From: Tubulanus polymorphus
Lineage: Eukaryota; Animalia; Nemertea
DNA length: 64,000 nt
Assembly: GCF_964204645.1 (NCBI RefSeq)
Contig: NC_134025.1
Coordinates: forward strand, 7,688,001-7,752,000
Direction: 5' to 3'
Made by a program: the position numbers and the translations under genes
Notes under the pieces: model-generated
The model's input: only the letters and a program-made list of their open reading frames with translations
Database searches by the model: none
What the model was told of the DNA's origin: nothing
Shown: in pieces, positions 43,199-55,600 of the stretch
Numbering within the stretch: position 1 is the first letter of the stretch
Layout of the letters: each line of letters starts with the position of its first letter

Positions 43199-43280
43199 GC
43201 TTACCTGTAGATTTCAAAAAGCAGTGACAGCAGCACATGAAAGAAGAAAAAGGAATATTATTGTTATCGTGACGTTACCG
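43199..43280 (-). other. Candidate recursive (AG|GT) splice site, junction 43205/43204
   Basis: Minus strand reads ttcctttttcttctttcatgtgctgctgtcactgctttttgaaatctacag|gtaagc: a pyrimidine-rich, ~73-nt AG-free acceptor fused directly to a strong donor. Confidence 0.4.
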
Positions 43281-44425
43281 CTGTATTTTGTATATTTGTG
43301 AAGATTTTTTGTAGAAAGCTTGAAATCATAAATACAATGGATTTAAAGACAATTATTTCAAATTTTTTCAAATTGTTTGATGAGACACTTGTTTAAATGG
43401 GTATTTATGCGAGACTGGCGATAATTGCCAAAAAAGCACATCAACATAGATTGCACATTGACATATATAGCGGAGGGGATTGCTCGGATGTACAGCGCTA
43501 AATAATGTACATTTGAAACATGTATATGTATCTAACTCGTATGAAGCGTTCAGACAGCATTGTTAGAGCATTGCTCATTAGCTTGTCCCCCGGGAACTGG
43601 AAAATCAGAAAATACAAGTGGAACTGAAGGTCGCAAGTACATCACAACAACTAATGTCAATAGCGAACATGCTTTTAGATAACAAATGCATGCCATGTGT
43701 GTGTGTGTGTATGTGTTTGTGACACATTATCCGAGTCAAAAAATGGCCCACGAAAAATAGAGAATGATATATTATAAATCCGATCTCGAACGAGCTGTCT
43801 ATAGAGATGGTCTTCGAAAAAGATTTTATATCCAGAAACTCGATATCATACTAAGAACATTGTATATGATATTCCAGAAACTATGGCAGTAAATTGTTCA
43901 TCGGTTTTTCGATACTCATAAGGCTATCAATATTATTGGAAATAATAACAGCTATGTTCAAATAAAATGAACCTACACACGCACACACACACACACGGCT
44001 CAACTTGGAATTATCAAAGCACTCTTATTATTCGCTTTTTTAGCAAACAAAGCAATTAGTTTATTCATGCATAGTGCAATACGCTTTAAACAGCTGACCC
44101 GATTGGAAATATAGATATTTTTGTATATTTTATAACGAACGAGATTTTTGCGAGCGCTTCATGTGAAATGCAAACGGATCTGAAGCGGGTATATAGATAT
44201 CATTTCAATGCAGCAGATTTTCAGAGTATTCACCTTTAATAAGCCATACGTTTCATTCACCTAAAAGGTGTTAAGAATTGGATTCTGAAGTTTCCAACCG
44301 ATCGTACAAAGTTATACCTAAGAGATATTCTCTGTCACCCTCGTCTATCGTTGATTCTTTATCTTCCGGATTAGGACCTCAGCAAGACAATACCAATCAA
44401 AATGCATTACATCCTTTCAACTCAC

Positions 44426-44590
44426 CTTTTCAGCCCCATCAGAGACGCCTACAACTTCACATCTTACTTGTGATAAATCGTACACCGAACCCTGCTCTAC
44501 TCTACGCGGTTCCCTAGACTCAAATGAACCCTCTTTAACGTATTCCTCAGATTTTGCCTGGTTATACCCCGTCCCATGATGGAACATCAT
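44426..44590 (-). CDS. Candidate alternative first coding exon (55 aa)
   Basis: caaaATG start; MMFHHGTGYNQAKSEEYVKEGSFESREPRRVEQGSVYDLSQVRCEVVGVSDGAEK, then the near-consensus phase-0 donor AAG|gtgagt. Could instead be part of a decayed ORF relic. Confidence 0.4.
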
Positions 44591-47500
44591 TTTGCTTTTG
44601 TTGCCTATGTCAGGCGATGCAACTGTGTCGTATTTTGCATGCCATTCCAGGATTTGAGTGAAACCAAAAATCACATTACCGTAACAAACATGAATATGTG
44701 GACTGTATATTGTATCTATTGAAAGGTGGAATTTGAATATGATTATCTAAAACAAATCCATTTTAATGCTTTCATCAATATGTCACGAATTTATCCACAG
44801 TTATAACCCAGTTTTTCAAGTGTAACATATTTATGAAAACTGTGATATTCGATCGTGTAAAATCTGGTCACTGAAGCAGCAGCTTGTCTGGATTCAATGC
44901 TATGATAGGTTGACAGATATGATATACTAGCAGATATCATTTCATCAAAATATATGGCACGCATATACACAGGCTACTGTATAAAATCAAATAAATACGT
45001 TGATCGTTTTCATGCAAATCAAACGTACTTTTGGTAACCTGAGAAATATTAAAACTGTTCAACCCTTCACAATAGTGTTACTAACATCAATTAGAAATAT
45101 CAATCTTATCATTGACATATGCTGTTCTTTTAAGACTTCTTGTAAATTCAGGAATTTTCCTCCATATTTATTCTATATAAATATTTCCTTTATCGATAAA
45201 AGTCGTCGAATCAATACCCCTCTCAAAATGAATTCATTGTGAATTTTCTCTATTCCAATTTATACCCACTTTTTCTTCAGTTCCTGGATCAGGATCTTCG
45301 CCGGACATTTCTCTAATAATCCGATTCGACTCACTGTAATTGTTGTACTACCGAATAATCGCGATATAAATCCGACCAAACCCGCCGATGCAGCCGTACA
45401 TTTACAAGTGTTCACAGATCCCGCTCGCAAATCTTACTTCCGCGTTACTATCAGCAGCCACCCATCGACCAGTACCGCGAGCAACGGTTTACAAGGTGAT
45501 GGCAGCACGGCCTAAGTACGAATCATGCGGTGCAGAAACGATGATAACCGTCAACGACCGCTGGGCATAGAATCACATAAAATTCTTTATAATGCAAATC
45601 ATTTGAATTATGTGGAATATTTTTCTCTATTCTTAGACAACTATAATATACAAAGGGTTCAGCGCCTCTTATTCCAAGTACAGCCAGCTGGCTAGCACTG
45701 GATCCTTCATAACCATAGTGCACTTATAAACATATATCGATTTATTAAATTGTATTATGGCTTATGAATGATAAATATACCATACTATACTATACTATAC
45801 CGATTTGATTATTATCAAAATGTGGCATTCAATCAACTGGTTAAAAATTTGATTCAACCGATGTATCTTATATTCTAACAGTAAAACACCAACGTAAATA
45901 GCGTTATTCAATCTAAATAGCTCGAGAGATTGCTTCGGAGAAGAGTTCATAAAAAGCAACATGAATTGAATTTGAAAAATGTATATACAAGACTATTGAT
46001 GAGAAAAGGTAGTGATAAATAAAAAACGACCGAATACGATGCCCGCTATCAGAGAAGAAACGACTGTACGACAACATGCCGGGTAGTTCGTTTCAGTGAC
46101 CAGATTACGAATCAGACGTCTTGGAACGCATCCGAGTAAAGTCATTTCGTCACAATGGTCCCAAGTCATCGACTTAGTAACTTCGGAGCAATTAATTTTG
46201 ATAAATCTCCCATCTTTTCGGGTTTTACTCCCGAGTAAGCGACGCAGGGGAAATAATTTTGTTTAGTTTTATCTTTTTTTTAGTTAGAAACTCCGAGTAG
46301 AACGAAATCGACTAATGAATACACATAAATCTGGAGTTACCACTTAGTTATATATGGAAAATAACAAAGAAACGATGAATGCATCCGTTGTATGAATAAT
46401 CATGAATAGATGTCAGAAATGTTAAAAGGTTTGCCTTTTGACTTGCAAGTATTAATCATCAGATATTCCAAACATTTATTTTCAAGTTTGAGCTCAAATT
46501 TATTTCACGGAAAGTATAATGACATGCTATATACAGAGATTAAAGGAGAGAAAAAATAAACAAACAGCAAAACAAACAGCGAAGTCAAAGGTCCGTGTAA
46601 GCGCCGATCTTAGCAGAAAATAAGTCGTCAACGTCAACTTCTCATCAGCAACATTATTATGAACATTATTAATTCTTTGAATATGGCATAAATTCCGCCA
46701 GTAACATTCACTGACGAGAATCGTATGTCTCTTGGTCTACAGTATTGGCGACAGTAACAATAACGACCTAATTATCTAGGGCGGAAGTCTCGCCAAACGA
46801 ACGCATAATTCACGCGTCGAGATACTATCAATATTCTGTCTTTTACTGGATTAGGCGCTTAACTCAACGCGCAGTCTCTCACTGTGCGAGAATAGAGGCA
46901 TTAGAAAGGCTTCACGGGCAACTCCTCGGCGGGTTCTCCGAAGGGATTTTGTTTCGTATAGATATGCACAAACGGAATTCTACCGAATATTATGAGATAC
47001 GGTCCTAATGGGTCCAATACGCGTGCAAGACTATACATGTATATCCATACCATACAGATAAACATATTCAGTTCTACGGCTAAAGAACATCTCTTGGAAT
47101 TATTTAGGTATCAAGTTTACATATATTCTTGTTTTTGATTATGTAGTCATGTGATGGCGCTTAGTTATGTGTCATTTGTTTATTTCATTATGATTTGAAG
47201 GGAACAACGCTACGAACTAATGAAGGGACATTGTTTCGAATAATGTTCGCATAATGAAATACTGTAGTTGGTTGACTTGCCGATCTCTGGGGTCCGTATG
47301 AAAAATAATTCTTCAATATATATTCCCCAGTCATTGCGTTACTGTCGTAATACGAAATTCTGATGTCATTCGATATTCCCAAGTTGACATCATGGATGAT
47401 TATATAACGCAAACCTACTACATAATGTCAATTTAGAAATCTTATCAACAGCCATATCGATCATCGCCTTTTTTAAGCTTCCTTATCCTGACTGATCGGT

Positions 47501-49420
47501 GCTGTCTGTCAATTTCTTCACTGGCTCGACTGCGGATGCGACGATCGACGCGTTATTTTGACACTGCGTGTAGAGAGGTAAGTATCTATGTAAATATATC
47601 GACGTGTGAAGTGACGCCGAATGCGGAATATAATGGAATTATCGACACAGAGTAACTGTGCTCGTTTCATATAAGGTTCCACTTTCAAATGAATATCCGC
47701 CTCGACGAAACGTTTAAGTATCGTTTCAGAAAATACAGCTGCTTCTGCAAAATCGTCTACTAAAAATATCACGGTGATCTGTTGTCAGTTGACTTTGTTT
47801 TCCCATTGAGTTATTGAGGCAATCAGGCAGCTGTAATGGTCAACTATTGACATGCAATATTTATTAGCGGAATGCTAAGCTTTCCAATCAGCGAATGATA
47901 CTCTATAATACCAACCCTCGGGTCGTTATCGTTGAAAATTACTAATCTATTTCCAAACAACTATTCCGAGATCTTTCCGGGCATAGACGACCGCTTTAAC
48001 GCGATACGAATCTAGAGACGGTGTTTTGCTTAGATTATAAGTCAATTTGGCTCTTCGAAGTCCGTAATTTGCGGGCACAGAAAATATAGACTACAGTTCG
48101 AGGAAATTATGCCATGTCAGAGCAATGATGACGCTAGCCGGAAACGAAACATCGTTCATTTTCTCTGGGTCGTTTTTAACTGATCGCGCAACTGCCTGGA
48201 TTTCTAGACTAGCGATCGGTTGGAGGCTGCCTTTCACCGGCAAACGAGTCGGTAGCTGCGGGCACGATTACTACGTGTACTACTAGTAGGCGAGGGAAAC
48301 AGCGTGATGATCGATTATTCGAAATATATGCGGCAACCGAAAGTAGACGGGGTGACGGAGTTTTTAGACGAGAACAACTGTAAATGACTTATCGTCGGAA
48401 TTTAATCAACTTCTCAATACGCTAATCGAAAATGCAATAAACGAGAACACCGATTTATAACTCGAGAATATTTCTTCCCTTGAATTAGCATTTTTCTTCT
48501 TTTTAATACCGAGTCTGAGTTGAGATATAACTCCTATGGGAATAACAAAGAACAAAAGCTATACGACTAAGAATAACGACGCATTTTTCACTTGGATAGA
48601 TATGAATTTGTTGAATTTCAGTGGCTCGATAAACAGAAAAAGAACTAAGAGTAATTCAGATGATGAGTAAAACTTGAATTGCTTTGTCGGAAGTAGATAT
48701 CGTTTTCCTTGAGGACAGAGGGCAGGAACACTTAGAGTTGGGACATAAAGGAATATACGCGAATGCCTTGGAGAGATACGTGTATAGTCGAAATGATTTT
48801 TGGGTGGTGGTCTCTTTCTATAAATAGATCTTTTCGATGAAGATCGATGAAATATGTCAATAAATTTCGTATTACTGTGAAGTTTATAATCGGAAAATCC
48901 TCGAGGGTTGATGCTTTCTTTCCCCGCTTGCCAGGGCACCGCGCTGATCCAATTCCTGTACGTTTACGCATAGAACTATAAGCTACGTTTCGTGAGCGGA
49001 ATTTTTTCTGATATCACATGGAACGACAGTTCTTGTAGACTGTGCACTTAAAATGATTAAAACATTTCAATAATCGTTGATTTGTTTCCGCGATAAAAGA
49101 TTAGACGAGACGCGACTCGACTCCGGGCGTCGCGGCAGAAACCAAACATAGTCGGCGATCAAATGACTTATCTCCAGTGACTGAGATTCTGCAGCCGGAT
49201 TTAAAGTCAGAATGTAATTGAATTTAAATGGAAGTCGAGGAGTAAATCTGCCGCCTACTAAACCAAGAGATTCGTTATTGACTTACTTAACTACATCTAA
49301 ACGACGTCATGCCGTGGCGGTTTCTGTCGGATTCGAAAAACGAAATTAAATGCCAAATCAATCATTACATTTTTAGGGTAAATTCTCATTCACTTTGGTA
49401 GTAAACCCGATAAATCAATA

Positions 49421-49444
49421 TGACGTCACGTGCTCTGACGCAAT
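49421..49444. promoter_or_regulatory. CRE / E-box / C/EBP-ATF motif cluster
   Basis: TGACGTCA overlapping CACGTG, followed by TGACGCAAT, all within 24 bp. Confidence 0.25.
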
Positions 49445-49640
49445 ATATATGCCAATCAAACTGACATCGTTTGAGCCGCCCGCCATTGCGAGTGGTACAA
49501 AAATGTGGTTAGCTATCTTTTCGAAGGCATCTCTCCCCCACGGCAATGATTGGTTTAGTACACAGCTGCCTTTCCAACCAGACGCAATCGATATTTCAAA
49601 ATCCTCTTCATCCGAAGATCTTATACCACTACACCAAGCG

Positions 49641-49752
<112 letters not shown>

Positions 49753-49992
49753 GATCTGTTTCGCTGGGTTAATAGTGAAAGACCGAATTAATAATGAGTA
49801 CCCATTTGTCATATTTCAACCCACGATTTACTCGCCAAGAGTAATTTATGACTTTATAGGAATAATGCTCTGAGAGCCAAATGTTTTAATTTTTCGACTG
49901 CAATAGAATATGTCCTGACTATATTCATCATAGAAAATTACATCTTCGTACAGATGATTAAGCCACTTAAATGGTGGTCGACTTCACCTTAC

Positions 49993-50007
49993 CTCGTAAT
50001 TGAACAT
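49993..50007 (-). CDS. Candidate short first coding exon MFNYE
   Basis: ATG TTC AAT TAC GAG|gtaagg, phase 0. Short enough to arise by chance. Confidence 0.2.
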
Positions 50008-52035
50008 TTAGCTGTGTTCTATGACTATGTCGTTTATGATATATTTGAATAACGAAAAAGCTAAGAATCCTACGAACTGTCTTCTTTTCGGTAAATTATG
50101 CACATAAATCTTGTTGTATAATAAAGAAAACCGACGTAGCCAATAGAGCTAGTGAGATAAGCAGCTGAGTCCTCGTGGGAGGAAAGTTTTTTTTATGCTG
50201 GATGATCATCATCATCATTCATAGATAGATCTATCCGATGGCAGATGTTTTGGAAGATTTGATAATGCCTGGATTGGTTGAACACTGACACGACGGCGTA
50301 AATACAGACGAGAAATTTAGGGTTGAATTATTCCGTGTGAAACAATCGTTAAATTTTGAAGTAGTTGTTCACAGCTGACGGCAGACTTAGGAATAATAAC
50401 TGCGAATTCATATGGTTTATGGTTAACATTCGAGTCAAAACCAGGTAATACGCCAGCGATAACAACTCCTAATGGTGTTCATACATCACCATATCATGAT
50501 TCCGAGTGATACAGACAAATTCGTATCTGAATATCATATATACGCGAAATAAGGTATCGCCATCAACGCCGATAAGTAAAACGGCGTGTTTTGTAATTGA
50601 TGAACTGGGAACCGGGGAATTAAATGATGCGGCATTAAACGTTTGCAATCCATTAGTATTCGCTTGTTCGTGCTCGGTCGAGCCCCGATGTTGCAATGGT
50701 TGAACTTCAATCATACTATAGTCAAATCAAATACTAATCAATCAGTACAAACACATCGGATATAACACATCAAATATACACCACACTATATCACTATATG
50801 CCATTACGACGCGCCATATTCGCGGTTTCTATAACGTTCAATGTTGGCGATATATCGGATGAAATCATAGACGAAGCTCGTAACTTGATTTCGCCGGTGT
50901 ATCTATGAAACCACTCAGGAACCTGTCAGCTCAAAATTACCATTTCATCACATTTATGATTAATCATACACGCAAAACCCATACCAATTATACATATGTG
51001 TGGTTAATAATTGCATTTCAGTAACGTATATTCGAAGAAAATGAAATGAAATCTTACGTTGTGGTTTTTCTACGCGCGGTTATCGTAATTCATTTCTACT
51101 AGTGTCTGGAATGGAGTCTATTCAACATGAGAAACTAAATGCAACAATTTGTCTGGTGTCGATGCAAGTGTTCACTTTTTCCCGTCTTTAAGTCACGCAA
51201 ACTGTAAAGCTCAAACCATAGCTTTTTCACGAATCGTCACAGAATGCATCATATACTGTGTACGATACAGAACATAGAACAATCTGAGTTAAAGCCGACG
51301 ACAGGAATTGAGTTAATACCGTCGACGAAATGCAAGTCATACGCTGTTTACTCGAGAAGATTTCAATAAAACCTATTTACCACTGACAGTGCTTCGGGGA
51401 CGACGGCAGTTGGTTCTGAAACGATAATAATGAATGACCCTTGCGCTTTCCATCCAGAGAAGCAAATGGCTAATCACTGAACACGCTTCAAATGAATTAG
51501 AAAAAAAGGAAAACGCCGAAGACCATATTTTTTTCAAACAGATGAACGAACGCTTATTTGTTGCATTTTATTCACAAAAGAACTGAAATTCTGATCGGAG
51601 TATCTCCAAGGATAATTTCGACCATAACAAACAATACCAGCTCTTGTTGGTTTTTGTTTACTTTTTCGATACCTAAAGCTGCATTTCTTCGATGGGAACG
51701 AGGCAATAAACTTATCAATGGCTCACCATCTGCTCCTTTACTAAGCTAAATTAATAATGTAATTTTTTCGATCATTTCCTATTCAGCGTTTTCCATTGGG
51801 TGTAGGCATTTTTTACATGTCTGATTCTAGAGACAACAATCGGCGTCTGGCTAATGAATAGAATCATAATTACTATGTTTTTTCCTATAACCGAATTTGC
51901 GCGTAAAACGAACCAGATTTGAACAAACCTATACAACTACAAGCAATTCAATTATGCAATATGAATAAAATCCAATTTATTCAGCGTATGGTTATTATTT
52001 TTCAATAAACTGATAGAAATTGTCTAAAATCCAGT

Positions 52036-52620
52036 AACGACTCTATGTCGCTGAAAACGACTCCTATGCCCCAGATGCCTGAGTATGATATACAATATGA
52101 GCTTGTGCCCACGAAACGAAAAATACAGAATCGCTCCCTGTTACCTAGACCTTTGACTCACGGTGCCAAAATCTCACTCAGTTACAGTCCCTGGAACAAA
52201 CCATCTACAAGATTTCATCAAGTTCTCTCAAACCGTTTATGAATTATAGCCAGGAAATGAACGATAAGAAATAGCTTCCTGTAACCTTGACCTTTAAACA
52301 ACCACAAGAACCAAAATCTTATCAGTTTACCCACAGTGCTTTGGGCATCCCATCAATTGAATTTCACCTATAGTATTCTCAAACCTATTATGAGTTAGAG
52401 CCCAGAAATGAAAAATACAGAATTGACCTTGACCTTTGACCTAAAGTACCTAAAATCTAGTCAGTTACTCAGTCTTTAGGTCAACCCTCTGACTAAACCT
52501 TATTTCGTTATATCAAACAGTTTATGAGTTAGAGCTCGGAAATGAAAATTACAAAAAATGCTTCACTGGGCACAGAAGCCTCTGCAGACGAGACAGACGA
52601 AATACTGTCGGGGCATAAAA
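52036..52620 (+). mobile_element. Non-autonomous Helentron-associated (HINE/pearl-like) element with internal ~140-bp tandem units
   Basis: Subterminal inverted repeats tatgcccc (52065-52072) and ggggcata (52610-52617). About 3 diverged units, each with an accttgaccttt-like block and a tatgagttagagc...gaaatgaa-like block. cagacgagacagacga simple repeat near the 3' end; terminal aaaa. Confidence 0.7.
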
Positions 52621-55600
52621 TGACTATCATTCCTCATTATAAAACCGTGAATATCATACTAAAAATATCCCAGCCCAATTAACGCCAACAGCATTGATGC
52701 GTATAAATTAGCTGCCCGAGGATGCAACTGAGATGCCAAACCTATCCATATCCATTACAAAATGCAAAACCGATGTTATTGCAGTTGGGAGCCAGACAAC
52801 TTCGTGCCAAATGCGTTTAATAAGCCGTTTAATCCGGATATAAGGCAAGAAATTGCAACGGGAGTTGTAGAATGGCTGATTAAGTTTTTGCGCCGGAAGA
52901 ACATCATGATGGCTGTAGGGCTATGTACAAGATATTATGTCTTCTGAGTCCTGGATCTGACCGGTGTGTACGGTATACAGAACATGTTGTATTCTAGAAT
53001 ACGTAAATTGGTTTTTAATTAGCGGCTATTATTCAACGTGAATGCTGCAACATTGATTAGAAGAAGGAAATAGCAACAATAAACTGAACTCTATACGCAA
53101 CCCGCATAAAAACCACACAAGCCTGCTCAGAAATATCTCTCATATTAGAAGCAATCATTCTATCGTCGTCACAGAATGACAGTTTTCTGACATAGGCCTA
53201 ATCTACAGCAGAAAAAAAATTGGAATATCTACTCCCAAGAGCCAGTGAACCAAAACAAGGAACGAATAGCCCAATTTTCAGTGCAAATCATGGCTGAAAT
53301 TATGGCAGCATCGACCGAATGGAACGAAGAAATAATGTTGTAGGTTAGGTCTTGGCTTCGTTACTCAGTGACACTTTTATGAGCGTTGTATAGTGAAACA
53401 TGTATGAACAGCTATGTATAAGCAGCTTGGGGAGCTGTAGAAAGTATCAGAAATCGTGACCAGACTCCCCGCATACCAAAAGAGTTATAAAATAGTTGTC
53501 ACCAAAATAGATGTAAACAAGATAGCTACATGCAGTAAAGGGTAGAAGCGCAAGATATATGGAATAAGAATGACCCCATGCTTAATTCAATGTAATACCG
53601 ATTTCATCATCCGAGACTTTTTAAAACATTCTTTTTTTTGTGCCGAGGCTGAAACCTCTAAATACATACTTCGAATATACATTGTGTTTAGACACGGAGG
53701 TTTCTGTTGTGACTTATCTGCGTCTTGTTTAAATATTAACTCCATTTACAGCATTTCCAATACTGAGTATGGGTGAGTTGACGTATCCGTGCAAACATCG
53801 CTGACGAAATATTTGCAAATGTTCTTGGCTATCTCTGGGGAAATGTTTGGCGTAAATGTGTTGAATCACTAACTTTTGTAGCAAATAAAAGGACAGTTAA
53901 AAGTGTAGACAGAATCCTTGTCTACTACCGATAAATAAGTAATAAACAAGTCGTTCGTAATTACGTGGTTCAACTGGAGGGGTGTAATATGGAGGCTGTT
54001 AGCGCGAAAAAAAGGAAACATCCAACAGAATCCGGCGGCCCATGTCATGGAATTGAATCTGAATTCTAATCGATTTGTGGCTCTAACTCTATCACTATCG
54101 GTAAGTTCGAGGACAAGATGTAACGCCATGAGAAAAATACATCATCTGAGAGCAAGAGAGAGAGAGGAAGCGCTTTAGGCATACACAACGCACCGTCTGA
54201 GACGTCTGCTGCGCTGTGAGAGAATATGATTGAATTAATACGGACACATTTTTTTAGTACCACCTCGCCAGGAAGCAGTTACTGAATAGGACTGAACTGT
54301 GTCACCAGATCGACATAAATGAAGGGAAAATATGACAGCAACGCAGTGCCCAACTATAGAGACAAAGATGTTATCGGTCAACTACTACAAGCACCGTCAC
54401 TGGCGAAGAAGGCTGATTAGAATAGCTGATGGAATAGAGGAAAAAGTGAAAGAATTCGTTACTAAGAGTGAACGTATTCTGATACTTGAATAGTTGAAAA
54501 CCTGGATTGTCGAATGCTTGTTAGCAAAAGCGATAAGGAAAAAAAAAACATAATAATGTAAACTCTTCGTCTCATCGAATCAAGGATGCATAATACGTCT
54601 GGTTTTGGCAAACGACTTTAGAGCCGATTATGCCGGAGTACATTCCGTACTTAATGCGATGAGATCGGGTGATGGGTTATGGCACCGAGACAGATCAATC
54701 GAATCCTAAGACGTTATTTGGTGCGACACCACGCAACGATTATTGATGCCATTGATACACTCCACGTGAAATCGGGGTTAAATTCTGAAAACCTCTTATC
54801 GAATTGAATTCAAAATCCATGAACTTAAATATATACGGCAAATCTGCAGCGTGTGTGTGCATGCGTGTGAGCTGGAAAATCACAAGTAGAATGAAATCGA
54901 CAATTACAAACTGAACATGCCACATCCAATGAAACCATTAACTGTCGTAATTTCGAGCTAAGTATTACATTTCTAGTGAAATGTTTTATTTCACCATTTT
55001 CTATTAAGTGGGCGTTTTTAGTAAGCTCAAGAGATGAAAACATTTCCAATTTCCACTGTTTCCTCATTAGCGATCAAGTCACATCTTTCGAAAACGAAGT
55101 GACCATTTAGTTCAACAATGGAATGATGAGTCCCCTGTATGCTATGTGCCCAGCAGTGTTCAATGAAACAAGCTCCGTTTGAATAGTGATTTAAATCATA
55201 GTTGGCGGCATTCTTGTAATCGATCTGATATCACCAAATAAACGACATCGATCATAGTCAAGATGTAACTAACGATAGGCGGTGTTTTAAAAATGAAGTG
55301 AATATCAATAGTGTTGCACTCAATTTCTGAGTGTCCTGATGATTCCAGAAATAGCAGGGTGTACTGACATGTTCAATTATCACTTCAAACCGGATGGCTT
55401 TTTCGTAGCGCGTTAAACCGTTCACATCATGTTTCTGAATCGGGAAGAAATTGAAACCGAGCTAGGGATGAATGTGTAAAGCTTCCATTTTCATGGTCCA
55501 ATAACAATATGGCCAATGACACGGTTATCACATTGAAAACAAATTCTTATTGGTTTCAACTATGCTTCCGAAAATGATTACAGTACTATCATTCCATTGG

